A stretch of DNA of 64,000 nucleotides from Euprymna scolopes (Eukaryota). Positions 1 through 13,526 of this stretch are shown here, one piece after another. Made by a program: the position numbers and the translations under genes. Within the stretch, counting starts at the first letter, position 1, and each line of letters begins with the position of its first letter. A model generated the notes under the pieces. It searched no databases, had not been told where the DNA came from, and saw nothing but the letters and a program-made list of their open reading frames with translations. The stretch lies in assembly GCA_053919585.1 (NCBI GenBank), contig CM132817.1. The stretch is one strand, 5' to 3'.

Positions 1-562
1 CTGGCCCAAATGCTTTGTTGATATCGCAAGCCGTTTCAACAGCTTTTCAGTCAAAAGTAACTTATTGGTTATGGAAACATTGTATATATTATTTTTTTTA
101 TTTTAGTTTGTTGATTTTCTGCTAAATCCCCAAAATTATCAAACTTTTAAAATTATATTGCAAAGAAAAAGAAAAAAGTTGCATAGTTAAAAAAAAAAAA
201 AAAATGGGGATGGGAGGGGGGCACAATAATTAAAGTAAAGATTCCCTGGCAATGCCAGGTAGGTTATCCAGTTAATAAATATTCCTCAAATTTCAGTTTT
301 TTAATATTTTAAAGGGATTTTATAGGCCATAATATAGATACAGCCTTTCATTTGAAGGTTAAGCCTAAAATTCAAGTCATTTTCTGGAATCAAAAATATG
401 TAACAACCTTGGCTCAAAATTGGAATAAGGATTCTAGACATAAGGTTTAAAAATCATATCTTGATAATACTCTATGAGAGGACATACAAGTGGTGCAAAA
501 CTGTTTAGGGAATTTATTTTACTTATTATGTGGAACAAGTATATTTAATGAAACTGGCTTAC

Positions 563-744
563 CCATCATGATTGTAGGATGCCAAAACTATACTGGGGCT
601 TGAATAGGCACTACTTGTCACCCACGTACAATGGACGGCAAACAAAACCAACATCATCACGACGGCAATATTAATCGTACTCTTAATATTTGTGCCTAAA
701 CCTTGTTCTTTCGGTTTATCATTGACCTTTTTTGGTTTGCCAAC
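563..744 (-). CDS. STT3B: STT3B exon (182 nt): VGKPKKVNDKPKEQGLGTNIKSTINIAVVMMLVLFAVHCTWVTSSAYSSPSIVLASYNHD(G)
   Basis: tttcag acceptor, gtaagc donor; HCTWVTS.AYSSPS motif. Confidence 0.95.
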
Positions 745-1679
745 CTGAAATGAAAATAGATAAAATTATTGGCAACAGTTTATAAGCAGATCAATCTGTG
801 GAACATATTAACACTGGACTGTTTACCTTCAGGCTACAACAGCCATTTTCACATCCAATGTCATCTTGTTGTAAATTATCCTACAAGTAATCCAATGTCA
901 ACAAATACTTGTCATAAGTAATCACTCATTCATCTTCTAATATTCTTCAGAATTAAACTGACAATACATCAACAGTATTAATACTTATCAAGTGACAAGT
1001 AGCAGCTCATTAGTAAAGAAAGAAAAGACATTTCAATTAGTCATGTGATCTGTTTATATGGAGCAGTTAAATTCAAGGTTTGTCAACATTTCTGCTTTAT
1101 TAGCCACCATCCTGGTTAGTACTGAGGCTAACCTGAACATGTTTTCATCCTCATTATCATCAAATAAATTGCAGAAACATTCAAAATCAACATAATTACC
1201 CATCATCTTAACGAGTAATTGGAAAAAGACAAACTCATCATACACCTAAATTATAATTTAGGCATATGAAAAGTTATTTCCGTTATGCAAAAATCTTCAC
1301 TATTAGAAAATACTTTTTTTCACTTAAACTTGGAATATTTTTTGACACATCCAATTTCACCTCAATATTAAAAAATCATAATTGCACAAAAACATACACA
1401 TACCTGTTTAAATAAAAAAAATAAAAAAGTTGTACACAAAAAATTACTGAAATTCATTCATTTGGTTTTTAAAAATAAAATTTCATCTGTAAACGATTTT
1501 TAGCTAGTATTATGACTGTGAATTATGTCTCTTAGCTGTTGATAAGCAGAAAATGGTTGACAAACCATTTTGCCATTAAATTTTTTTTTTTTAAATACTT
1601 GAATTTGCATAATTTTTGGCATACCGTCTTTTTAAAACCTAACATATAAGTACATAATAAAAAAATTCGTGTTATTCTA

Positions 1680-1710
<31 letters not shown>

Positions 1711-2499
1711 GAAGTTTAATATTTTAAAGTAAAACTGGACAAGTACCTACTTATTTTTATTTTTTTGCCTCTCTGGCTTAGAGCTGATTGCAATGAGTAA
1801 CAAAGCATCATAGCACACAAACTTCATGAACGCTTCACTATCAACTGATGCATAACTCGACAAGGAATAATACTCGTCTACACAATAAGTTTTCATAACA
1901 CAGAATTAGAATCTTATTTAATACTAATCGGGATACATGACACTCTAATTTCCATAAGTAAATTATATTACAAAAAATATGAAGCAATCTGCATAATATT
2001 GTAATTAGAAACATTTAAATTTATTTCAGAACTAAATCAAAATAATCATGCTTCAGTAAGGTTTTTCCAAATACAGTGTAATAACATGCTAACTGATTGA
2101 ACCACCAAATCAATTCTATCTTTCTCTCGAATGTTGGTTAAAACAACAATAGTGACATTATTTTTGTCTTAACCCGGTTCATTTTTTTTTTTTCATTGAC
2201 CCTGTCAACTAAAAGCAATGAAAGAAAGCAAATCCGTCATTTTCACTGGTGAAGATAGAAAAATTATCGGTCTTGTCTAAATTAGTATCCAGTGATTTGG
2301 ATTAGAACTTTCAACTGTGGAGTAAAGAAATCCCCCCCCCCCCTCTGTTTCTGAAATTTGGAGATGAGGATTGCTAATTTGTATTATTTGGATAAAAAAA
2401 AAAAAAAAAAAAAAAAATACATATGTAATAATAAGTACTAAAATTGTACATCTAAAAACAATAGGTTCAAGTCTCCCAAAATTCATACTAGAATAGTCC

Positions 2500-2810
2500 A
2501 GTGGCGTAATGGATGAAGTACTAGATAAAATTCAGTTGTAAGTGACATTCTTCTGGAGGTTGAAGGTTCAATCGCTACTGCGAGCAGTACGTAGAATACA
2601 ATCGGAAATTATTTAAGGCTTCTACCTGGTCACAGTTGAAACAAAAGGATGCCACTCCAGTGAATTAAATAATGGATTCCGTTTGAAATTCTGTGCAGAT
2701 TACAGAGTTCAGCAGGATATACCTGAAGATGGTTGAAGGTTAGTGGCCAAAACATCGATGAATAACACTCAAAATGATAATGGTAGTCCAAATAATTTAA
2801 ATTCTCCATC
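2500..2810 (+). mobile_element. SINE-like repeat with tRNA-like head and hammerhead-like 3' module
   Basis: A-box-like GTGGCGTAATGG and B-box-like GGTTCAATC; homologous to 35110-35390. Confidence 0.55.
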
Positions 2811-3108
2811 TTCCTTTATTTATGACTAATAAAAAATTTAAAAAATATAAGCCAGGATAAAATATAAAAATTGTTGAAATAGAAAATTAAATTTGTTTTT
2901 AACAAACTATTATGACGAACAAACTTTTTATGTAGCTGGTAAAAAAGTTATTGATCACAAAGGTAAAGGGGGGGTATTTCATATCTAAGCAGATTCAAAT
3001 TCTATAGTTTTATTATAAAGACAAAAGAAAAAAGGCAAGGAGAAAAAGAAAATAGAAAAAAAGAGTAAAAAAAACAAAAGTTTTGAAGATAAAGTTAAAA
3101 TGGCTTAC

Positions 3109-3305
3109 TTTATCATAAAGTCGGTCGTTTTTAGTTTCTTGAGCATCATCTTTTTGCTTGGATTTGGGATTGTCATCTTTGGAATATACTTCAAATGTCT
3201 TGGAGAATGCAATGGCTGCCAGCACACAAACGATTGGAGTAAGAGTGAGCATCAGACGGACCATCACACCAGCAAAATAACTGGCACTGATAGCATAGAG
3301 CACCG
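3109..3305 (-). CDS. STT3B: STT3B exon (197 nt): (A)VLYAISASYFAGVMVRLMLTLTPIVCVLAAIAFSKTFEVYSKDDNPKSKQKDDAQETKNDRLYDK
   Basis: poly-T/poly-C then cag acceptor, gtaagc donor; FAGVMVRL motif. Confidence 0.95.
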
Positions 3306-3344
3306 CTGGGGGGGAAAAAAAAAAATTCTTATATTATCTCATAT

Positions 3345-4964
3345 TAGCAACACCTGAAAACATTTAAATAGCTTAAAATATGTCATTAATTGCATATATA
3401 GAAAAAGCTTGATTAGAATCTTTTAAAATTTTTAAATCCAATTAAAATAAGTTATGACTATTTTTGTGCCTTACACATTTAGATATTTTTCCCTCTTTAA
3501 GACCCTATGCATTTTTTCACATTTTTTACACTACATTTTCAGTAAAAATGCTGCATCTTTGTTAAAACAAGATTAAGCAATGAAATATAAGTATTTTTGT
3601 GCAAGAAATCAGATTATGCCACTGAAAATCTCAAGAAATTAAGTTTTTAAATCTACAGTAAATGCACATAAATATGCTGCAATTCCTTAAAAATGCCATG
3701 CATCCATTAAAGGAAAAGTTAGATAACAAAGTTGAATTGTAATGCATTTTATGTACAAGAAACCAAAATCTAAATCTACGACTATTTAAAAATGACTATA
3801 TTGCAATATTTCTTTGGTATTATTTTAGATTAATGCCGTCTGTTACCTATCTCCCACCCCATCTGACCATCTCTCCAAAATATGATTCTATCTTTTTAGG
3901 CAATTACATGTGAACACCCTGAAAAACTTTAATGAAAGATTAACATTTTTTTTTTTTTCTAGAATTTAAGGTAAAATGATTCATTTTAGGCCGTGCAAGT
4001 AAACAAAAATTTTTTTTTAAACATTTTCTGTTGTTCAAAGCAAAACACTTTAATATTAAACAAATGTTCATCGTTAAAAACTAATGCAACAGATAAAAAT
4101 GCACACAAGTTATACATTTTCTTGTCTTTTCAACAATATAAATATTTTTTAAAAGTTGACTAGAAATATGCGAGAAATTGCAAGTTGGACAAAGTTCATT
4201 ATGCCAGACTGGTTGGGATTACTTTAATATTCTGATAACCGAATAGCTCTAATTAAACTAACTAAACATATAAAAACATTTTTTATATTCATACTTTCAA
4301 TTTAAAAAAAAAAAAAAAAAAACCTTCAACAAAGAAAACATCGTGTTTACAATCATGCTATTGCTGCTGCTAATATTATGAAACAGTTTTGCAATGAAAG
4401 TAAAAAGAAAATTTTTTTTCCGAATATCATGATTTTAAATTGCTAGCTATCACAAGAGAAAACAGTATACAATTATACTTTCAATGGATAAAAATAGTAA
4501 AAAGATTGTTTTATTTACTAGTGGGTGTCCGAAGAAATTTTTTTCAAAATTTTCAATAGTCATGTTGAAGTCTTTTAACAAAAAAAGTATTTTGGACATC
4601 CCAAACTATTAAAAGTGACATCTCTTCTGGTTAGTTTCCAAATTTCATGAGAAAATTCTTAATACAAATACTGTATGAGCATTTACAAATTGGGGAAGGG
4701 GGGGAGGGGCAGAGGAAGCGTGTCTTTATCAAACCTTACAGAAAACACTGTCTTATGATGGTCACACTTTTATGAATTTATTTGCTTAAAACTCTAAAAA
4801 TATGTTATTTATTAATTCATTTGAAACTATATTAATTTCCAGACAAAACAGTGGTATTTTGAGGACTTAAAAGTCCTTTTGTTTTTAAAATATGACGATT
4901 TTAGTAGAATTTCCTTGCAATCGGTGATTATCCAAACTGTTTTATCAGTTCATGTGTACTGCTA
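3345..4964. mobile_element. Same TIR family, shorter copy
   Basis: 3345-3990 matches 9535-10200 and about 4000-4964 matches about 11700-12950; right end TTCATGTGTACTGCTA. Confidence 0.7.
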
Positions 4965-5410
4965 TTTATATAATAGACAAAATTGTGAACATCGTGCATG
5001 TATCTATTTCTTGTATCCAATTAACTTTGATAATTGAACAATTATTTTTTTAAGAAACATTTATTGAAATCAAAAAATGCAATAGCGTGAAATAAAACAA
5101 TTGTAAAATCACTCAATTTTATTAATTTTTTTAAACTTTGAAAATATCTTAATTGTATAAACAATAAAACTTTGACCTTTTTCCTCATGAAAATTATTTT
5201 TATGCTATAAGTTATGAATTTATTTCTCAGAAATATTACAATTTCTTCAGAGAAAACATTAAAATAAATACAAACGCACAGTTTTGAATTTCTCATAAAA
5301 TATTCAATATCTGTATGAATCTGTTTTTGTCTGAAATTTTGCTCACACCTATAATAGTAGATTGGTATTTATGGTGCAAGGAAAAAAAAAAAAAAAGAAT
5401 TAAGACTTAC

Positions 5411-5614
5411 CAAAGACTCTTTCATCATTCACATTACGTATACAAAACCAAACACCAGCTGGAAAAGCGCAAACCAAAATGTGAAGGTCAAAGAAAAAAG
5501 AAACCCAAGTTGTAGGTTGATGTTCGGAGACAGAGGCAATTATAGGAATGTGGATTTTTGCATAACCAGTGTCCCATAAGGAATAGAAGCGGCCACTCCA
5601 GGGAGCAATGAAGC
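5411..5614 (-). CDS. STT3B: STT3B exon (204 nt): (G)[67 protein letters not shown](A)
   Basis: tttcag acceptor, gtaagt donor; SVSE motif. Confidence 0.96.
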
Positions 5615-6653
5615 CTGAAAGAAAAAAACAAAACAAACAAAAAAAAAAACATTAAAAACGAAATTAACTTAGACTATTCTTACACTATACTAAGTTTAAA
5701 TTTGAAGATCTTAAAAAACCAAGAAATTCTGTAAAATTTTTTATTAAATGAAAAATAATTTTTTTTAAATTGTTTTTATAAGACTTTTGGTGGCATCTAT
5801 AACCCTAACCCCTCTCTTGTCCGTCACATCCGTCGCTAACCTGGTTCACGGGAGCATACTTGTGATGTACTTCTGGCTGTGTTCATCGCTCCCAGCCCGC
5901 AGGACCACAGATGCAACCCAGCAGGGTTACATTCTTACTTGTCTAGTGGTGAACCCCTCAAGCGTGACCAGACTCTCACCAGTCACTGGAAAATATATCT
6001 GCTGCCCAGGGCACGCAAAATATGCATGACCCTAAGTCCATGTGGCAACATTGTCGATTTTGGTTGTCACTCTAGCTTCGTGCTGGATCCAGTCAATCTC
6101 TTTCATCATCTGGTGTCAGGGCATACCTGAAATAAACTGCATCTTTATTCAGGCCAGCAATCGAGAAACAAAGAAAAACTCTGGTTCATTTTTGTATAAA
6201 TCAAACAAAATAATTATTTATAAATCATTTTACACTTGTTTAAAGTCGAGTTCTTTGATCCGAGCTTCATGATGCAGGTTGTATAACTTAAGTTCGTCTA
6301 GTTAATTTCCCAGCTAAGAACAAGGGCTTTTCAACTTAGCTCTTGTGAGGGTTTTACAAAACCCTCATAAAAAAAGTTTAAAATTTTTAGAAACATCAAA
6401 TAATGTTGTATAAATTTTTTATTAAATGAAAATATTTTTTCCTGAAACTTACAGTGGTATCCACTCCAATCATAGAACTATAATTAGAGTAGATGCCACT
6501 GTAAGTCTCAGAAAAAAAAAAAAATATACAGCATTACTTGGTTTTCTAAAAATTTCTAATTTAACCTTACAAAAAAACTTGTTCACTGTACTAAGTTTTG
6601 GACTAATCATATTTGGTTTAAGTTTTTTAATTACATGCTACATGTGTTATAAC

Positions 6654-6822
6654 TAGGGCTATGACAATAGAATATTCTTTTCATTATTTCGACTCAAGTA
6701 TATATCCGTTAATATCTTATAAGTTTTTAGATAGAGTTATGTGGTTCTTAGTTGATTAACTGTGTCGGATATATACTCTAGAGTCAAAACAATGCTAAGA
6801 ATATTCTCTTGTGATAGCCCTA
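6654..6822. mobile_element. hAT-type MITE, copy 1
   Basis: TAGGGC...GCCCTA TIRs with long subterminal inverted repeats; 8-bp TSD GTTATAAC/GTGATAAC. Confidence 0.8.
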
Positions 6823-7588
6823 GTGATAACCCACTTCTGACCAGGTCTTTATCCCTGTTTCTCTCAAATCCATCCTTATCATTTCCTTTTGTTTTCCCTT
6901 GTCTTCCATTCCAAACTGACTTTGTGAACTCAATATTATTATACTGATGAGTAATTCAAATGGAATCAAGCTCAGATTAAAATCAGGACTGAAAAGTTAT
7001 GAGAGTAAGAGGTAGAACGATTTTCATTCATTTAGGAGTGAGAGTTAATGAAAATTTGGTTCTTACCCAAAATTTCCCCTACATTAAAAACAAAATTAAA
7101 ACAATCTGTATGATGTATGTAATCATGACAAAACGAGCATAGTGTATTCTAAAAAGCACAAATTCATCAAGTAGTTTTATTTTTATAAAGAAAATCAAAT
7201 TTTATGACTAACCATCTTTTTTCTTTTGAAAACAATCTAAAAAACAAAGGAAGATAATTCAAACTTGCAAGATATGTTGTAATGCTTACAGATTCCCATT
7301 AATCGCTTAAAAATGATTTTCTTTATTAAAATAAAATCACTTTATCAATTTACGTGATTTTTTGGAACATAACTTCATTTTTCATGGGTACATACATCAT
7401 ACAGACTTTTTTTAAATTTTTGTTTTTAATATAAGGGGAATTCTGGACAATAACAAAAATGAAAAAAAAAAGAAAAAACTTGGGTTCCTAAATTGATACA
7501 TAAAAAATGACCCAAAATAAAAAAAAGTTCAAAGACTTGATAAATGTATTCATGTTTAAAATTGAAATGTCATAAATAATATATAGTA

Positions 7589-7788
7589 CAGGGTGACTAA
7601 AAAAAAAACGGGCCCCAACCCTAATTAGTTTCTTAGTGTTTTGTCTGAATGAAATGAAAGTTTGGTCATAACTAGGTTATTATATTCAAAACATCTCAGG
7701 GTCTTTGGCCTTTTTTCTCTGTTGACTGTAAAATGCTCAGAAAAACAATTGTATGTCCTGTTTTTTTTTTTGGGGGGGGGATCACCCT
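7589..7788. mobile_element. Mariner-type MITE
   Basis: TA|CAGGGTGA ... TCACCCT termini, about 200 bp. Confidence 0.55.
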
Positions 7789-7973
7789 ATAAATAAGTCA
7801 CAGATAAAGATTTGACTGAAATATCTTTTAAAAACAACAGCCATGATTGGATTTGAACCCAAGAAAGGAGATTAAGGAGAGTAATAAGAGTAACATTTTG
7901 CAAACAGACCATTTTCTTAACAAGGTAATTAGAAAAAAAGAAATAAAGGAGTAAAATGATAAGCCTTCCTCAC

Positions 7974-8120
7974 CTGCCCATGTTAACCCAACAACAGTAC
8001 AAAAAACAATCCCAGCTGCACCGACAATAGAAATGATGAAAAAATAACGGAACTCTGCTTTAGTGAGGTGAGATTGAATATAACGCAAAGCAGCGTAGGC
8101 GTTGAGCAAGGCAAACACAC
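7974..8120 (-). CDS. STT3B: STT3B exon (147 nt): (G)VFALLNAYAALRYIQSHLTKAEFRYFFIISIVGAAGIVFCTVVGLTWA(G)
   Basis: tttcag acceptor, gtgagg donor, phase 1/1. Confidence 0.93.
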
Positions 8121-8822
8121 CTGAAAGAAGAGAAGAGTAGAATAAATTCACAAGTTCTCACAATAGTTTCATGACACTTTAAATTAAATTTAACTCTTAA
8201 CATGGTATTAAAAAAGAAAAACAGAAAAATGAAAGTATAAAGGCAATACTGGTTAATATATAAAGCAAGCTTTTTCTTTAATACTAATGTTACCATTTAC
8301 CAAAGCTAAAAGCCACCCGAGGACAAGGGTTAAGGAGATTACTAGTTGGATGATGAATACTATAAAAAGTTGATTATAAAAAAAAACAAAAATGGAAATA
8401 ACGAATGGAATGGCTAAACTTTTATTACTAAGTATGGTATGACAAATATTTGTGGACGTGAAACTTTAAGGTGTCCATGTTGTAATGTACAGAGAAACAG
8501 TTCAGTGGTGATGTGTTTCACGGATGGGGAGTTCTTAGAAACTGCTCATGTAAATTCAGTTGGGTTTTAAATAAAACAGGAAGCAAAGTTTGTTGCAGTG
8601 ATAGTAAAAATAGTTACTTGATGTGAATGTTTTAGGGGGGGGGGGATGGATTGGATCTCAATTGAGTATTTTTCATGAAAATAATGTTATCAGATGTTAA
8701 GAAAATTATTTTAAACAAGAATAGCTTAAACTTTAGCACTTACGTTTTTGAAAATTTTGTAAGAAAAAGGAACTCTTAGCCAAGTAAAATCATTACACAT
8801 ATTTAAAGCAATTGTGCACACA

Positions 8823-10237
8823 CTATATATATCTATAAAAGTGAAAGTGTCTGTCTGTCTGTGTACATTTCTCTATGCAATAACTGTAAATTTTCAGTCT
8901 ACAGACTCAAAATTTGATATACAGGGTACTGACATTTGGGAAAATCTTTGTAATCCGTTTTTGGCCAGAAATTTGGCTGTTAAGGGGTGAAAGTTCAATG
9001 ATTTAACCCTTGAGAACTCTACCAAACTTCTCTGCCAATTTTGGGTATAAACAATTGAAATTTTAGATATAGGTTCCTTGGACATGGATCTAACTGAATA
9101 ACTTGATTTGAGCCCAAAACAATGAATGTTAAGGGGGTCATAATAGGGATCAAAGTTTTAAAAAATTTTACTTCTGCGGTCTCTACCAAATTACTCAGAC
9201 AATTTCTGGTCTAAACATTTGAAATTTTACATAAAGGGTATTCAGAGATAGAGCAAGCTTTTTAATCGGTTAGGGTCGAAAATTTGAGCTACCAATATAT
9301 AAATGTATGTATGTATGTTTGCATGTCTGCCTAAAACTTTCGACAGAGGCAACAAATTTTCACAAGATCAGAATCGTTTTGAAGCTCGACCCTTCAGACG
9401 ACAAATACCGAAAAATTGGCTAAATAATTTCTTCACCTTCAACTGGGCACTTTTCTACAGGGAGGTGTCGCTTTTTTCGCCAATATTTTCGAAAGTTATC
9501 TCCTCTTTTTGATTGTCTAGCCTTAATTTTAAACTAGCAATACACATGAAAAAATTGAAATAGCTTGAAATATTTCAATATTGGTATGCATAGAAAGAGC
9601 TAAGAAAGAATCTTTTTAAATTTTTAAAATCTGATTAAAATTAAGGAAGTTATGGCTATTTTTGTGCCTCACACGTTTGGATATTTTTCCCTCTTTAAGA
9701 CCATATGCGTTTCGTCACATTTTTTACACTACCTTTGCAGTAAAAATGTCATATCTTTGTTAAAACACAAAACTAAGAAATGAAATTTACCATATAAGTG
9801 TATTTTTGTACAAGGAATCAGAATATGCAACTGAAAATCTCCCAAAGTTTATGGTTTCCAAATAATCTGCAGTAAATGTGCATAAATATGCTGCAATTCC
9901 TTAAAAATGCCATGTATCCATAAACAGAAAAGAAGTTGGAGAACTCAAAGTTGAATTGTAATGTGCTTTATGTACAAAAAACTTAAATCTAAACATAAGA
10001 CCATTTAAAAATGAATATATTGCAATATTTCTTTGGTATTATTGTAGATTAACACCTTCTGTTTAACCCCACTCAACTCCTTCTGACCACCCCTCCAAAA
10101 TGTGATTCTACCTTTTTAGGAAATTATGTATAAAATGCCATGAAAAACTTTAATGAAAGATAAACAAATTATTTTAGAATTGAATGTAAAATAATTTCCT
10201 AATATAGGTCATTCTAGCATTTTAGGGCAGTTAACTG

Positions 10238-10268
<31 letters not shown>

Positions 10269-10740
10269 GATTATGTGTAGTTTTAAGAAGGGTTTCTATG
10301 CAATGAGAATATGGGGAGGGTTGCCATTCGGACTTTGAATTAATTGTAGGGGCTAAGGAAAATTATGTGTGAACATACTGAAAACTTGACAGAGACAAAG
10401 CTAACAAAAACAATATTAGAGGGGGGGGGAGCGGTTAGTTTCACAAAAATTTAATGTAAAATAATTCACCATTTCCTGGCCATTCTAGCATTTTAGGACA
10501 GTTAACCAATTTATTTTTATGTGTATTTTTCTTTAAGTAAGGATCTATTTTTGTTTGTTTATTTTAGATGCTTGTATGTGGCTTACAAAGGTATTTTATT
10601 TGGGGGGGGGCTTGCCACTCGAACTTAGTGTTATTGTTAGGGTTAAAGAGTGTTTTAGGAATACGAACCGTTACTTCATTTTTGTTTTGTTGTCCTAACT
10701 GCAAAATGCCGTTTCCATTTCAAATAAATATTTTACAGAA

Positions 10741-10787
<47 letters not shown>

Positions 10788-13136
10788 TATACATACATAT
10801 ATATGTGTGTGTGTATTCGACAGGTAAATAAGTCAGAAAATGTTATATTTAGTTTTAATTTAATAAGAAACTGCGTTGCGAAATTTCAAAGAAAATTCCA
10901 TAAATTTGTTGATTTCTATTTTCGAGGTTGAAGGTGTTAATTCCATAGGCCGTTTATACTACGCTGGAGCAGGTTGTAAAAATATCTTTCGCTTAATAAG
11001 TAGAAAAAAAAAATAACGAAATAAAAAGCTTCCTAATGGTAGTTTGATGTGTTTTCTTTTAAAATTTCAAGAATATTGATATAGATTTTGAGGGTTTGTA
11101 TTACTATACACATAGATTCGAAAAAGTTGTCAAAAAACAAATATATAACAAATAAATGTTATCAAAAGCAAGTTACTTTTCTACATAACTGGATAATTTT
11201 TTAGTGTTTTTATTTAATGTAACATGTTTATTCAGCTTGAAAACTGTGTTTACCGATGTTTTGGAAAATTTAAAATGGCGCCTGACTCTTGAAACGGTAA
11301 GTTTGTGGAAAAGAGTTAAAAATAAAAAAGTAGACAAAATACTGCTAGAAACTCGCTCAATATATGTTGCCGTGACATGTGACATAGGCTGACATAAATT
11401 CTGATAGTTTTTAACAGTATTTTGTATAGTTTTTTTTATTTTTAACTCCTTTTCTCAAACTTACCGTGTCAAAGAGAGTCGGGCCGGGCGCCATTTTCAA
11501 TTTTCCAATACATCGGTAAACACTGTAGGTTTTTTGAGCTGAATAAACATGTTACATTAAATAAAAACACTAGAAAATTATCCAGTTAGGTAGAAAAGTA
11601 ACTTATCTTTCCTTTGATAACATTTATTTGTTATATGTTTGTTTTTAACAATTTTTTCAAATCTATGTATAAACGAGATTTTGATACTTATTTTGATTTT
11701 GAAAAAAAAACATTTGTGGCTGTTCGCAGTAAAACATTGTTTTAATTCGCTGTTCAAAACTAATTTAAAGAATAAAAGTGCATGCAATCTACAAAAGTTT
11801 ATTTTGTTTTTTTAACCATGTTTTTAAATTTGACGAGAAATGTGAGAAATTGCAACAGATTCAATGAATGTCCGCGTATTCAATCACCGCGAGCGGATAT
11901 TTTGTCAACACGGTTTTTTAACAAATAAGAAATAATATTTTTATTATGTTTGAAACAACTTTAATAGTTTATTTTGGAAGTATATTCCATAAATAAAATA
12001 AAAAACCCACTTTAAAAACAGAAATTACGATTTTTTTATATTTTATTCGCAGTTTTGTCTTAGGGGTGTCAAATTTGCAATGGCGATTTTCCCAAAGATT
12101 CTGACACTGCTACCGATTCATAATGCCGAATTGGTTGGGATTGTTATTATACATTCTGAAAACCGAATAGTTCTAAACTAATGTTATTCTGATAACAAAA
12201 TAGCTCTAATTAAACATATAAGAACATTTATATTCATATTTTCATGTTTTTCTTAATTCGTTCTTGAATAAAAATTAAAGAACGCGTGTTGTTTATACAC
12301 TGTGCTGTGCTATGGCTGATTCTACAGGCTGGAGCTGCTGCTGCTTCTAGTAATACTAACTTCATTTGACCAAATTCGAGAAATAGAAACAATTTTTTTT
12401 TCGGGTAGGTCCTTTTAAATTATCAATTACCGCGGTCCTACTCAACATAAAATAATACTTTTAATTGATAAAGATAGTAAAAAGATTGATTTACTTACTA
12501 CTGGGTGTCCGAAGAATTTTTTTTTCAAAATGTTCGATACTAGTCATATTAAAGTCTTATTTTTAACACAACAAAAAAAGAAATGGTCAAAAATATTTCG
12601 GAAACTTGACAGTTTTAAGATTAACACCTCTACTGATTGGTTCCCAAATTTCATGACGAAATTCTTTATACAATCACGGTACGGACCTTTAGAAAACAGG
12701 GGGGGGGGGGGTCATTACAAAACCTTACCGAAAACGCCATTTTATGACGTTCACATTTTTATCACTTTATTTGCTTAAAACTCTTAAAATATATAATGTA
12801 CATTCATATTTATTAATTCATTTGAAAGTATATTCATTTCCGAACAAAACAGTAATTTGAAGTGCTTTGGTTTAAAAAATATGGCTATTTTAGTAGAACT
12901 ACCTTGAAATCTGATTATCCAAAGCATTTTTTCGTCCGTGTGTATTACTATTTAAACCTACGTCACTTATGGTTTAGCAGTGGTCGTAACAGCAAAGATG
13001 TCGTTTTTTTTTCACATTTTTCTCCTTCGCAATACGGGTTCGAGCCAGCTTGCCTACTACCGCTTTTTTTTTTTTTTTTTTTTTTTTTTACTCAACACAC
13101 ACCAAACACCCGGGCAATACCGGGCTGAAATGCTAC
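8823..13136 (+). mobile_element. Helitron family A copy, split by a 3.4-kb insertion
   Basis: 8823-9534 and 12951-13136 are collinear with 62366-63238; 3' hairpin CCCGG-GCAATA-CCGGG. Confidence 0.8.
9535..12950. mobile_element. Non-autonomous TIR DNA transposon (TAG...CTA ends), long copy, nested in a Helitron
   Basis: TIR TAGCAATACACATG / CGTGTGTATTACTA; flanked by TTTAAAC on both sides; homologous to 3345-4964. Confidence 0.75.
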
Positions 13137-13170
<34 letters not shown>

Positions 13171-13427
13171 GATTCATAAAAGTTAACATAAGTGGCAAAA
13201 TTTTATTTCATTTATTTATATTTTACTTTGCAAATTATATTGAAGGAATATATTTATTTCTAATACAGCTGTTTCATAAAATTTATGGTTACCACTGAAA
13301 AAAAAAAAAAATGGGTAGTAGGGATGAGGCAGAGATCCAACTGATATAGAATAAAATGGAGTAGGAGGAGGGTTTCAGATTAGATTTTTGAGTCAAGAAA
13401 AGGACTGATTAAAAATGTGACACTAAC

Positions 13428-13526
13428 CTGCTGCAGCCATATGCTCACTTGTGCGAATGGGTTGGAAACCAACAAATGGAATTTGCATGGATAACAATAA
13501 ACCCACTATGTAGAATGTACTGTAAG
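13428..13526 (-). CDS. STT3B: STT3B exon (99 nt): (A)[32 protein letters not shown](G)
   Basis: ttttcag acceptor, gttagt donor; conserved [10 protein letters not shown] motif. Confidence 0.94.

Noticed and set aside
1054-1245. Nested small gene (63-aa acidic ORF), and the other 60-115 aa ORFs in the track
   Set aside because: No recognisable domain or splice support; most are low-complexity translations of poly-A/T, microsatellites or TE copies
2500-2580. tRNA gene
   Set aside because: Only degenerate A/B boxes and no cloverleaf; part of a dispersed repeat. The same applies near 39430 and 40030.
6940-6980. Intact hammerhead or C/D-box snoRNA at CTGATGAG
   Set aside because: The GAAA box is missing and there is no convincing terminal stem or guide; at most a decayed Penelope-type motif
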